This document shows positions 42,179-51,324 of a DNA stretch of 64,000 bases, piece by piece. Numbering within the stretch: position 1 is the first letter of the stretch; each line of letters starts with the position of its first letter. A program made the translations under genes and the position numbers. The stretch covers positions 7,938-71,937 of the forward strand of contig JASJGS010000121.1 of assembly GCA_033791445.1 (NCBI GenBank). Reading direction: 5' to 3'. The notes below the pieces were generated by a model, which saw nothing but the letters and a program-made list of their open reading frames with translations, was not told the origin of the DNA and did no database searches. Source of the DNA: Bacteroidales bacterium (GTDB taxonomy: Bacteria > Bacteroidota > Bacteroidia > Bacteroidales > VadinHA17).

Positions 42179-43000
42179 ATGGGAATTAATGATGTAGAAT
42201 TTAACCAGGTCCTGTTTGCATTTAGCCTGACATTGTTTGCCGGTTTATCAACAGGCATTGGCAGTGCTATTGCTTTCTTTGCGAAACGAACAAATACGAA
42301 ATTTCTATCTATAGCACTTGGTTTTTCTGCCGGAGTTATGATTTATGTGTCATTTGTTGAGATAATTCAAAAAGCAAATGATTCTCTGGTTGCATCTCTT
42401 GGGGTAACTACTGGTTGGTGGTGGACTATTGCCTCCTTTTTTGGAGGAATTCTGCTTATTGGACTTATTGACAAACTCATTCCATCCGTCGAAAATCCTC
42501 ATGAATTAAGGGGAGTTGAAGAAATGCATGCTGAACCGGAAAAAAACCAGAAACTCATGCGCATGGGAATGTTTACTGCCTTAGCTATAGCTATACACAA
42601 CTTTCCTGAAGGTCTCGCTACTTTTACTGCAGCCCTGACAGATCCAAGCCTGGGTATAGCTATCGCTGTTGCCATTGCAATTCATAATATCCCTGAAGGG
42701 ATAGCAGTTTCGGTACCAATATATTATGCCACAAATAATAAAAAGAAAGCATTTACTCTTTCATTTCTATCAGGGCTGGCCGAACCTGTTGGAGCTTTAA
42801 TTGGTTACCTTATTTTAATGCCCTTTTTGAATGACATGGTTTTTGGAGTTTTGTTTGCTGGCGTGGCAGGGATAATGGTATTTATATCTTTGGATGAATT
42901 GCTCCCTGCAGCACAAAAATACGGAGAACATCACTTATCCATTTATGGCTTAATTGCCGGAATGATGGTGATGGCAGTTAGTCTTATCTTATTCCTATAA
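42179..43000 (+). CDS. zupT: ZIP family zinc transporter ZupT
   Basis: HNFPEGLA and HNIPEGIAV motifs. The ATG at 42179 is preferred over the TTG at 42173. Confidence 0.85.
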   Translation: MGINDVEFNQVLFAFSLTLFAGLSTGIGSAIAFFAKRTNTKFLSIALGFSAGVMIYVSFVEIIQKANDSLVASLGVTTGWWWTIASFFGGILLIGLIDKLIPSVENPHELRGVEEMHAEPEKNQKLMRMGMFTALAIAIHNFPEGLATFTAALTDPSLGIAIAVAIAIHNIPEGIAVSVPIYYATNNKKKAFTLSFLSGLAEPVGALIGYLILMPFLNDMVFGVLFAGVAGIMVFISLDELLPAAQKYGEHHLSIYGLIAGMMVMAVSLILFL

Positions 43001-43013
43001 TCTGAAATTCTAT

Positions 43014-43021
43014 TATATTTG
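43014..43021 (+). promoter_or_regulatory. Bacteroidota -7 promoter box TATATTTG
   Basis: TAnnTTTG match 33 nt upstream of the ATG at 43054. Confidence 0.4.
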
Positions 43022-43053
43022 CAATTCTTACACCTTGTGAGGAGATATAGAAA

Positions 43054-43524
43054 ATGTTTAGAAAGATTATAGTTGGTTGTATTTTTATTTTTTTTGCGTA
43101 TTCCAGTGCTTATTCCCAGGAATATTCAAATGTCATTGGAATTCGTGCTGGCTTACCTACCGGATTAACCTACAAACGCTTTTTTGACGAAAACTCTGCC
43201 ATTGAAGGAATATTAGGAACCCGCTGGCGTGGAGTTTCTATGTCATTACTTTATGAATATCATAAGGAAACAAATCTGTATCCGGGTTTGCGATGGTACT
43301 TTGGAGGGGGAGCAGCTCTCGGATTTTACGATAATCAAAGTCCCTGGGTTGTTGGGGATGATTATAAGGCCATCTTTGGCGTGGAAGTGGTTGTTGGTAT
43401 AGATTACAACTTTGCAGAGGTACCTATAAATCTAAGTTTTGATTGGACTCCTCTATATAATATAATTGGCTATACTGATTTCGATTTACTGCAGTTTGCT
43501 ATTTCCGTACGATATATGTTTTAA
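43054..43524 (+). CDS. Small outer-membrane beta-barrel hypothetical protein
   Basis: Signal peptide, alternating strands, and a C-terminal RYMF. Confidence 0.5.
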   Translation: MFRKIIVGCIFIFFAYSSAYSQEYSNVIGIRAGLPTGLTYKRFFDENSAIEGILGTRWRGVSMSLLYEYHKETNLYPGLRWYFGGGAALGFYDNQSPWVVGDDYKAIFGVEVVVGIDYNFAEVPINLSFDWTPLYNIIGYTDFDLLQFAISVRYMF

Positions 43525-43607
43525 CCTCGTTCTAATCAAACTATAAAGAAAAGAATTATCCCTACTAAAAATTTTATGAAATTTATTTGGAAGATAAAAA
43601 AATATTT

Positions 43608-43615
43608 TACCTTTG
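43608..43615 (+). promoter_or_regulatory. Bacteroidota promoter for tRNA-Glu (-7 box TACCTTTG; TTTG at 43586-43589)
   Basis: The -7 box lies 30 nt upstream of the tRNA 5' end. A TTTG lies about 19 nt upstream of the -7 box. Confidence 0.55.
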
Positions 43616-43644
43616 CAGTCCAAACTAAAAATGCGTTTGAAAAC

Positions 43645-43716
43645 GGTCCGTTCGTCTAGGGGTTAGGACGCCAGGTTTTCATCCTGGTAACAGGGGTTCG
43701 ATTCCCCTACGGACTA
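43645..43716 (+). tRNA. tRNA-Glu (anticodon UUC)
   Basis: Hand-folded cloverleaf: acceptor GGTCCGT/ACGGACT, D stem GTCT/GGAC, anticodon stem CCAGG/CCTGG with loop TTTTCAT, T arm AGGGG-TTCGATT-CCCCT. 72 nt, with no encoded CCA. Confidence 0.9.
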
Positions 43717-43740
43717 CAAAAATTATTTTAAATAAGAATA

Positions 43741-43992
43741 ATGGCAAATCATCAATCATCCCTAAAAAGGATAAGACAAAGCGAAAAAAAGAAAAATCAT
43801 AATAGGTATTATGCAAAAACAACACGTAATGCTATTAAAAAGTTACGTGAAATTGACGATAAAAAAACCGCTGAGGAGTTTTTGCCTGAAGTAGCTGCTA
43901 TGCTTGATAAGCTTTCTAAGAAAAATATCATTCATAACAACAAAGCCTCCAATTTAAAGTCCAAATTAACGAAGCACGTTAATCAATTATAA
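43741..43992 (+). CDS. rpsT: 30S ribosomal protein S20
   Basis: MANHQSSLKRIRQSEKKK... is the typical bS20 N-terminus. 83 aa. Confidence 0.92.
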   Translation: MANHQSSLKRIRQSEKKKNHNRYYAKTTRNAIKKLREIDDKKTAEEFLPEVAAMLDKLSKKNIIHNNKASNLKSKLTKHVNQL

Positions 43993-44015
43993 GATATTAT
44001 ATATATAATTTTGAA

Positions 44016-44045
44016 AAGCCTTCCAACCTTGGGAGGCTTTTTTTA
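44016..44045 (+). terminator. Rho-independent terminator after rpsT
   Basis: 9-bp stem aagccttcc/gggaggctt with a 6-nt loop, followed by a T-run. Confidence 0.75.
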
Positions 44046-44120
44046 TTTCGTCCCCTGTATTCCGAATAGCCTTTACTAAATAATGACTAATTTTATCACT
44101 CTTCAAAACCATGAATAAAT

Positions 44121-44816
44121 ATGGGCGATTATAAAAATCTTCGAATTAAGGATTGGGCACTGGAAGACAGGCCCAGGGAGAAATTGCTTTCGAAAGGATT
44201 AAAAAGTCTCACAGATGCTGAACTTCTTGCCATTTTAATAGGATCCGGACAAAAAAATGAATCAGCTGTTGAAGTAGCCAAAAAGGTTCTTAACCTGGCA
44301 CAAAACAATCTAAATGAACTGGGGAAATTATCCATAAATGAATTTGAAACAGTTAAGGGCATAGGTGAAACCAAAGCAATCACCCTGATCTCAGCCCTTG
44401 AGTTAGGACGTAGGAGAAAATTATCAGAATCAAAAGAAAAATACAAAATTGGTGGTAGCAAGGATGCGTTTAACTACATGCAACCATTCCTGGAAGATCT
44501 CTCCTATGAAGAATTTTGGGTTATATATATGAACAGGTCCAACCGGGTTATTGACCAGGTAAAAATAAGCCAGGGAGGAATCTCAGGGACTGTTATTGAC
44601 GTTCGTATAATTCTAAAACATGCGATTGAGAAACTGGCCTCTACAATCATTATTTGCCATAACCACCCTTCTGGAAATCTCCAGCCAAGTAAATCAGACA
44701 TTCAAATAACCAGTAAGTTAAAGGAGGCTGCAAAATTTCATGATGTAGAGCTTCTTGATCATTTGATAATAAGCGATAGCAGTTACTATAGTTTTGCTGA
44801 TGAAGGAATTATTTAA
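44121..44816 (+). CDS. radC: RadC-family JAB-domain protein
   Basis: HhH-like N-domain (ELLAILIGSG), and JAMM motif HNHPSG...S..D. Confidence 0.9.
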   Translation: MGDYKNLRIKDWALEDRPREKLLSKGLKSLTDAELLAILIGSGQKNESAVEVAKKVLNLAQNNLNELGKLSINEFETVKGIGETKAITLISALELGRRRKLSESKEKYKIGGSKDAFNYMQPFLEDLSYEEFWVIYMNRSNRVIDQVKISQGGISGTVIDVRIILKHAIEKLASTIIICHNHPSGNLQPSKSDIQITSKLKEAAKFHDVELLDHLIISDSSYYSFADEGII

Positions 44817-44913
44817 TAATTAGAATAACATAAGACATATAATAATCGGAATTAGACATTTAAAATACAATCAGATTGATCTGGGAAAATGGGATCAGTT
44901 TATTCATAATTCA

Positions 44914-45807
44914 ATGAATGGGACATTTTATGCCTGGTCCTGGTACCTTGATTCTGTTTGTGATGACTGGGAAATCTTACTGGAGGGTGACTATGAATCT
45001 GCAATGATCTTACCCATCAAAAAAAAGTATGGGATTGCGTATTTATCACAACCTATTCTTGCAAAACAGCTTGGAGTCTTTTCAGTAAATAATTTAAGTG
45101 GAAAAAAGACACTTGAGTTTCTTCAAAAAATTCCAGGTAAAATTCAGTGGTCCAGGCTTAGTATGAATAAATTTAATCAAATTCAATCCACTGACTGGAA
45201 GGAAACTAAACAAAAGATTTTTGAGTTAGATTTAATTTTAAAAGCGAATCAGCTAACTCAAAAATTTTCGCAGAAAATTCTCCGACTTGTAGAGGAAGGC
45301 AATCATGACGGATTCTCCTTGGTTAAAGACCTTTCACCAAATGACTATATTAAGTTATGGAAAAAAGTGAATGACCAAACCGGCAATGCACCCACTTCTG
45401 AAGAAAATACACTAAGGCGCATTATTGCCAAAGGAATTCAGCATAGGGTGTGTAAAATATTTGGTGTTTTTTCTAAATTTAATACCCTCGTTGGTTGTGG
45501 CATATTTTTTAGTTTTCAACAGAAAATTACTCTTTTGTCTTTTATCCAGGAACCTGATGAAAAAGACCTCCTACCGGCAACCTGGATGATTTATACTTTT
45601 ATTCAGGAGCATGCCGGAAAGAATTTAACTCTCCGTTTTGAATTACCTGAATTCCAAAATGCAAATTATCTAAGAAAAAGACAGGAAATAAGAAGCCGTG
45701 AGCTATCTGAAATATTTACGGGTTTTGGAGCACAGACTTTCTATTATCCAATAATAGAATCTAAAAAACCCTCTATCTGGGTTAAGCTAATGAAACCTTT
45801 CTTATAA
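44914..45807 (+). CDS. Hypothetical protein (conserved Bacteroidota family, possibly FemAB/GNAT-like); true start probably upstream at a non-ATG codon
   Basis: 297-aa ORF. The frame stays open back to 44824, and the upstream peptide looks like part of the protein. Confidence 0.5.
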   Translation: MNGTFYAWSWYLDSVCDDWEILLEGDYESAMILPIKKKYGIAYLSQPILAKQLGVFSVNNLSGKKTLEFLQKIPGKIQWSRLSMNKFNQIQSTDWKETKQKIFELDLILKANQLTQKFSQKILRLVEEGNHDGFSLVKDLSPNDYIKLWKKVNDQTGNAPTSEENTLRRIIAKGIQHRVCKIFGVFSKFNTLVGCGIFFSFQQKITLLSFIQEPDEKDLLPATWMIYTFIQEHAGKNLTLRFELPEFQNANYLRKRQEIRSRELSEIFTGFGAQTFYYPIIESKKPSIWVKLMKPFL

Positions 45808-45822
45808 TATATAAGTAAAGAC

Positions 45823-46299
45823 CTACAACTTCTTAACTATAAGTTTATCCTGACAATCATTTAGAAGTTCATTAACCGTTCTTCCTAGGACCGGGTGAAT
45901 AAAGTCAGGCAGTAACTCATTTAAGGGCTCTAATGTAAACCTACGCTCATGTAACCTGGGGTGAGGAATCTTTAACTTATCATCAGAAACGATCAAATCA
46001 TTATATAGTAGAATATCAAGGTCTATAACTCTTGACTGGTAGCCTGATCTTGATCGCATTCTTCCCATTTCTTTTTCAATAGCCAATAATTCCTCTAGTA
46101 GATCATGCGGAGGGAGCTTAGTTTCCACGCAAATCACCTGGTTTAGAAAGTTAATCTCATCTTGAAATCCCCAGGGCTCTGACTCAAAGACAGAGGATTC
46201 AATTATCTGATTATTAACTCTTTCACGAATGAGCAACTTCGCTTTTTCCAGCGCTAAAAATCGATCGCCAATATTACTCCCTAAAAGAATTGCTATCAT
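45823..46299 (-). CDS. folK: 2-amino-4-hydroxy-6-hydroxymethyldihydropteridine diphosphokinase
   Basis: IAILLGSNIGDR N-terminus, RVIDLDILLY, and HPRLHERRFTLEPL. Confidence 0.9.
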   Translation of the reverse strand: MIAILLGSNIGDRFLALEKAKLLIRERVNNQIIESSVFESEPWGFQDEINFLNQVICVETKLPPHDLLEELLAIEKEMGRMRSRSGYQSRVIDLDILLYNDLIVSDDKLKIPHPRLHERRFTLEPLNELLPDFIHPVLGRTVNELLNDCQDKLIVKKL

Positions 46300-46401
46300 T
46301 AATATGATATTAGATTTAAAAATATAAATTGAATCATTAAATCAGATATTTCAAAAAAAAACAAAACTAAATAATAAGTTTTTATTTATTGTCTAAGCTT
46401 A

Positions 46402-46409
46402 TAACTTTG
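46402..46409 (+). promoter_or_regulatory. Bacteroidota -7 promoter box TAACTTTG (sppA)
   Basis: TAnnTTTG match 25 nt upstream of the ATG at 46434. Confidence 0.5.
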
Positions 46410-46433
46410 TAGAACAATAAAAAACAAGAATTT

Positions 46434-48206
46434 ATGAAAAGTTTCCTAAAGTACACACTTGCAACCATAACAGGAATTATAATTTCAACCATTATTTTAA
46501 CAATCGTGTTATTTGGAATCCTTGGCGTGATGGTTTCCACAGCAGATAAGCCTGTTAGCATTCGTTCAAATTCAATATTACACCTGAAAATCAACCAGGA
46601 TATTCAGGATAGAAGTTCTGTTAATCCATATGAATTTGACTTCCTAAGTTATAGTCTAAGTCCAAAAGTTGGACTGAATGATATATTGAAAAACCTGGAG
46701 AAAGCGAAAACAGATAAAGACATTAAAGGTATCTACCTGGATATTGGCTTTGCCACTCCCGGAATATCCACACAGCAGGAAATACGTGAGGCACTGGAAG
46801 ATTTTAAATCATCAGGAAAATTTATTATCGCCTATGCAAATACCGTTATACCACAATCTTCCTACTATTTGGCGACTGCAGCTGATGAAATTTATGTCAA
46901 CCCGGTCGCAATTTTTGATTTTAAGGGACTTCGTTCAGAAAAAAGGTATTATAAAAATGCTCTTGAAAAGATTGGCATAGAAATTCAGGTTCTCAGGCAT
47001 GGGAAATTTAAAAGTGCTGTTGAACCTTATCTCAGGGAAGATATGAGTGATGAAAGTAGGGAGCAGACTATGGTTTATATGGGATCAATTTGGAATCATA
47101 TTCTGGAGAAGATTTCTAATTCACGCAATATTTCAATAGAAGACCTGAACAACCTGGCTGATAATCTACATATCAAGAATCCAGAGGATGCTTTTGAAGC
47201 TGGCCTTATTGATGGTGTAATTTATCAAGATGAGCTAATTGATATTCTCAAAGAAAGATCAGAGATTGATGATAAAAATAAATTAAGGCTTGTTAATGCT
47301 TTAAAATATTCTAAGGTTTCGATTTCAAAAACTGAGAAAAAAGGAATTTCAAAAGATAAAATTGCTATTGTTTATGCCACCGGTGTAATTGGCTTGGGAG
47401 ATGGGTCGGAATACAGCATTGGTGGTCCTCAATTTGTTAATGCAATCAGAACAGTTCGTAAGGATTCATCTATTAAGGCTATTGTGTTGAGGGTTAATTC
47501 ACCTGGAGGTAGTGCTTTAATTTCAGAACACATCTGGCGAGAAGTTTACCTGGCTCAAAAAGAAAAACCATTAATAGGTTCTATGGGGAACCTGGCTGCC
47601 TCCGGAGGCTATTACATTCTGGCACCTGCTGATACCCTGGTAGCTCATGCAACTACCCTGACCGGGTCAATAGGTGTATTTGGTACCATACCGAACGCTG
47701 AGGAACTATTAAATAATAAGTTAGGAATTACTTTTGATGTTGCTAAAACAAATACTTATGCTGATTTTGGATCTTTATACCGGCCATTGAAACCTGCTGA
47801 AAAAGAATATTTACAGTCAGGAATTGAAAATACATATGAAACTTTTCTTAACAATGTTAGTGAGGGGAGAGATATGGCAACTTCCAGAGTTGACTCTTTA
47901 GGACAGGGACGGGTCTGGAGTGGAATAAATGCATTGGAAAATGGACTTGTAGATGTATTGGGAGGTTTAAATACCGCTATAGATATTGCTGCTGAAAAAG
48001 CTAATCTGGAAAATTACAAAATAGTTGAATATCCGAAGTTTGAAGATCCAATTGAAAAACTTTTAAGAAGCCTTACTATGGAAGTAAGAACCAGGCATAT
48101 TAAAAAAGAGTTGGGCGAATACTATAAGTACCTTAAGGATTTGAAAGAGCTGGCAACATCACAGAATATTCAAATGCGACTTCCTTATAGCCTTGACATT
48201 TATTAA
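46434..48206 (+). CDS. sppA: Signal peptide peptidase SppA, 67K type
   Basis: N-terminal TM helix and duplicated S49 domains. The catalytic context is AASGGYYI. 590 aa. Confidence 0.88.
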   Translation: MKSFLKYTLATITGIIISTIILTIVLFGILGVMVSTADKPVSIRSNSILHLKINQDIQDRSSVNPYEFDFLSYSLSPKVGLNDILKNLEKAKTDKDIKGIYLDIGFATPGISTQQEIREALEDFKSSGKFIIAYANTVIPQSSYYLATAADEIYVNPVAIFDFKGLRSEKRYYKNALEKIGIEIQVLRHGKFKSAVEPYLREDMSDESREQTMVYMGSIWNHILEKISNSRNISIEDLNNLADNLHIKNPEDAFEAGLIDGVIYQDELIDILKERSEIDDKNKLRLVNALKYSKVSISKTEKKGISKDKIAIVYATGVIGLGDGSEYSIGGPQFVNAIRTVRKDSSIKAIVLRVNSPGGSALISEHIWREVYLAQKEKPLIGSMGNLAASGGYYILAPADTLVAHATTLTGSIGVFGTIPNAEELLNNKLGITFDVAKTNTYADFGSLYRPLKPAEKEYLQSGIENTYETFLNNVSEGRDMATSRVDSLGQGRVWSGINALENGLVDVLGGLNTAIDIAAEKANLENYKIVEYPKFEDPIEKLLRSLTMEVRTRHIKKELGEYYKYLKDLKELATSQNIQMRLPYSLDIY

Positions 48207-48245
48207 TTGCATTGTATTCAGGAATCTATGTGAATTTCAATATAT

Positions 48246-49364
48246 ATGGCAAGAAAACCAGAGAATAACACCCTGAAAATATTATTATGGTTTCCTTCAG
48301 TAATATATGGGTTTATTGTCGGAGTGAGAAATAAACTGTTCGACCTGAACATTCTTCATTCAGCAGAATTTGATATCCCAATTATCTCAGTTGGAAATAT
48401 CTCAGTTGGAGGAACCGGTAAAACACCTTTCGTAGAATTCCTGGTTTCTATACTTTCTGATGATTATAAAGTTGCTATTTTAAGTCGTGGTTATAAAAGA
48501 AAAACCAAAGAATTTGTTCTTTCCGATGAAAATTCAACCGTGGAAGAAATTGGAGATGAACCATTGCAAATGAAACGGAAATTTCCCAACATCACTGTGG
48601 CAGTTGATAGGGAAAGAGTCCGTGGAATAAATAAGCTTAAAGATGATTTTAAAGACCTGGATGTAATATTGTTGGACGACGCATTTCAACACAGGTATGT
48701 AAAACCAGGACTTTCAATTTTATTGGTAGACTACAATCAACCTATTTCATCAGATCACTATTTGCCATTAGGACGACTCAGAGAACACCCGTCTGAGAAA
48801 AGTCGGGCCAATATTGTTGTGGTAACTAAGTGTCCGGAGAATATTAAGCCCATGGAGCAGAGGATAATTGTAAATGACCTAATGTTATTTCCTTACCAGC
48901 AGCTTTTCTTTACTACAGTAAAGTACGGCGATCTAAAGCCAGTTTTTACAGGAAAATTCAAACTATTATCCAGAAGAATCTGTAAAGAAGGGAAATATAA
49001 TATTTTGCTTGTAACAGGAATTGCAAACTCACGGCCCTTGCGAAAACAGACCCGGAGTATTTCTCCAAAAATTAGTGAAATAAAATTTCACGATCACCAT
49101 CAATATACCCAAAAAGATTTTAAAAAAATAAATCGCAATTTTAAACGGATACCTGGCCCAAATAAAATTATTTTAACCACTGAAAAAGACGCCATGCGTT
49201 TACGGAATTTACAAGATTTTATTCAACCAGGAATAAAGAATTGGTACTATATTCCAATTGAGGTGAGCTTTCACAATAACAAAAAAGAATCCTTTCAAAC
49301 TCATATTAGAGATTATGTTACAACGAATACAAGAAACGGCATCCTTTCTTCAGACAAAGATTGA
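48246..49364 (+). CDS. lpxK: Tetraacyldisaccharide 4'-kinase
   Basis: P-loop VGNISVGGTGKTP, followed by ILSRGYKRK. Confidence 0.9.
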   Translation: MARKPENNTLKILLWFPSVIYGFIVGVRNKLFDLNILHSAEFDIPIISVGNISVGGTGKTPFVEFLVSILSDDYKVAILSRGYKRKTKEFVLSDENSTVEEIGDEPLQMKRKFPNITVAVDRERVRGINKLKDDFKDLDVILLDDAFQHRYVKPGLSILLVDYNQPISSDHYLPLGRLREHPSEKSRANIVVVTKCPENIKPMEQRIIVNDLMLFPYQQLFFTTVKYGDLKPVFTGKFKLLSRRICKEGKYNILLVTGIANSRPLRKQTRSISPKISEIKFHDHHQYTQKDFKKINRNFKRIPGPNKIILTTEKDAMRLRNLQDFIQPGIKNWYYIPIEVSFHNNKKESFQTHIRDYVTTNTRNGILSSDKD

Positions 49365-50124
49365 TTTTAAGCCTCAGGTAGGCATTGTTCTTGGAACAGG
49401 CCTGGGTGGACTTGTAAAAGAAATTGACATTCATACAGAGTTTGATTATGAGGATATTCCAAATTTCCCAGTGTCAACAGTTGATGGGCATCATGGGAAA
49501 TTAATATTCGGTGTACTTGGAAACAAGAAAGTGATAGCCATGCAGGGAAGATTTCATTTCTATGAGGGTTATCCAATGGAAGATATTGTTTTTCCTATTC
49601 GGCTTATGAAGTGGTTGGGAATTGAATTTCTTTTCTTATCAAATGCCAGTGGAGGTGTAAACCCAGAATATGAGATTGGAGATTTAATGATTTTGAAAGA
49701 CCATATTAACTTAATTCCAAACCCACTTATTGGTAAACACTATCCTGAATTCGGCACCAGATTTCCGGACATGGGAGAAGTGTACTCAAAGGACCTGATT
49801 AAAAAGGCTGAAGAGATTGCCGAAAAGCATGGAATCGCCGTTCAAAAGGGAGTTTATACAGCCACCACTGGCCCAACCTACGAAACTCCTGCTGAGTATA
49901 AATATTTTCGGATAATAGGCTCAGACACAGTTGGCATGTCAACTGTTCCTGAAACCATTGCTGCACACCAAATGGATTTACCCTGTTTTGCTATATCCAT
50001 AATTACTGACCTGGGTGTACCGGGTAAAATTGTAACCATTACCCATGAGTCCGTTCAGGAAGTAGCCATGAAAGCCGAACAAAAGATGACCCTGATCATG
50101 CAAAATTTAATTTCCATGCTCTAA
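49315..50124 (+). CDS. Purine nucleoside phosphorylase (trimeric PNP family)
   Basis: GIVLGTGLG, MQGRFHFYEG and TVGMSTVPE motifs. The start overlaps the lpxK 3' end by 50 nt. Confidence 0.88.
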   Translation: MLQRIQETASFLQTKIDFKPQVGIVLGTGLGGLVKEIDIHTEFDYEDIPNFPVSTVDGHHGKLIFGVLGNKKVIAMQGRFHFYEGYPMEDIVFPIRLMKWLGIEFLFLSNASGGVNPEYEIGDLMILKDHINLIPNPLIGKHYPEFGTRFPDMGEVYSKDLIKKAEEIAEKHGIAVQKGVYTATTGPTYETPAEYKYFRIIGSDTVGMSTVPETIAAHQMDLPCFAISIITDLGVPGKIVTITHESVQEVAMKAEQKMTLIMQNLISML

Positions 50125-50139
50125 TCCTTTAAAAAAATA

Positions 50140-51324
50140 ATGAGTTCTGAAATCTCAGGGAATAAACAAAAGTTTAGAACGGGCGATGTTATTTCCATCA
50201 GCCTGGCTCACTTGGCTCACGATATATATTCCTCATTTCTTGCACCTATTCTTCCTCTACTTATTGAAAAGTTGGGAATTAGTTTATCTATGGCAGGCAT
50301 GTTATCTGTCATCCAAAGGATCCCGACTTTATTGAATCCATTTGTAGGGATACTTGCAGACAATATGAAAGTGAGATATTTTGTAATCCTGGCTCCTGCA
50401 ATTACCACCATTGCAATGAGTCTTATCGGAATTGCATCAAGTTATTGGATGTTAGCCATAATTCTATTTATTGCAGGAATAAGTTCCACCATGTTTCATG
50501 TTCCTTCTCCAGTTATGATTAAACATATTTCCGGAAATAAACTCGGAAAGGGAATGAGTTATTATATGGTAGGCGGAGAATTGGCAAGATCACTCGGCCC
50601 ACTTATAATCGTGGCAGCTGTAACTCATTGGGGTCTGGAGGGAACCTACAGGCTAATTCCGTTTGGATTGGTTGCTTCTATTGTCTTATACTTCAGACTT
50701 AGGAATATTGATCTCAGGGAAGACTTTAAGAAAGAGAAGGAACCGATTGGTTATTACTCCACTTTTAAAAAGTTTCTTTCCACTTTTATGAAGCTCGGAA
50801 TGATCATCTTTTTCAGAGGAGCTATGAAATCTGCCCTGACCCTATATCTGGCAGTTTACCTCACAGATAAGGGGCATTCACTATGGTTTGCTGGCATCTC
50901 CCTGTCGGTTATCCAGCTTGCTGGAGTAGCAGGCACCTTCATGGCCGGAACAATTTCAGATAAGATTGGACGGAGAACAGCGATGCTTATTATAACCTTA
51001 GTTTCTCCATTTTTAATGCTGCTGTTTCTCAATTCAGGGGGATGGTTAACATTTCCAATTCTTATATTAACCGGGTTCTTTCTGGTATCTCCTGGTCCTG
51101 TCATGCTCGCCATAGTCCAGGAATTAGACACAAAACACCTGGCGTTTGTGAATGGTATTTTTATGACTATAAGTTTTGGACTGAGTTCAATTATGTTGCT
51201 TCTTGTAGGTGTTATGGCAGACAACTTTGGCTTAGACAATGCATATACAATCTCTGCATTTTTGGCGATGTTAGCTATACCCTTTGCTTTTCTTTTACCA
51301 AAAAAGAAATCACATAATATTTAA
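50140..51324 (+). CDS. MFS transporter
   Basis: About 12 hydrophobic helices, and a D-K-x-G-R-R loop (SDKIGRR). Confidence 0.8.
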   Translation: MSSEISGNKQKFRTGDVISISLAHLAHDIYSSFLAPILPLLIEKLGISLSMAGMLSVIQRIPTLLNPFVGILADNMKVRYFVILAPAITTIAMSLIGIASSYWMLAIILFIAGISSTMFHVPSPVMIKHISGNKLGKGMSYYMVGGELARSLGPLIIVAAVTHWGLEGTYRLIPFGLVASIVLYFRLRNIDLREDFKKEKEPIGYYSTFKKFLSTFMKLGMIIFFRGAMKSALTLYLAVYLTDKGHSLWFAGISLSVIQLAGVAGTFMAGTISDKIGRRTAMLIITLVSPFLMLLFLNSGGWLTFPILILTGFFLVSPGPVMLAIVQELDTKHLAFVNGIFMTISFGLSSIMLLLVGVMADNFGLDNAYTISAFLAMLAIPFAFLLPKKKSHNI

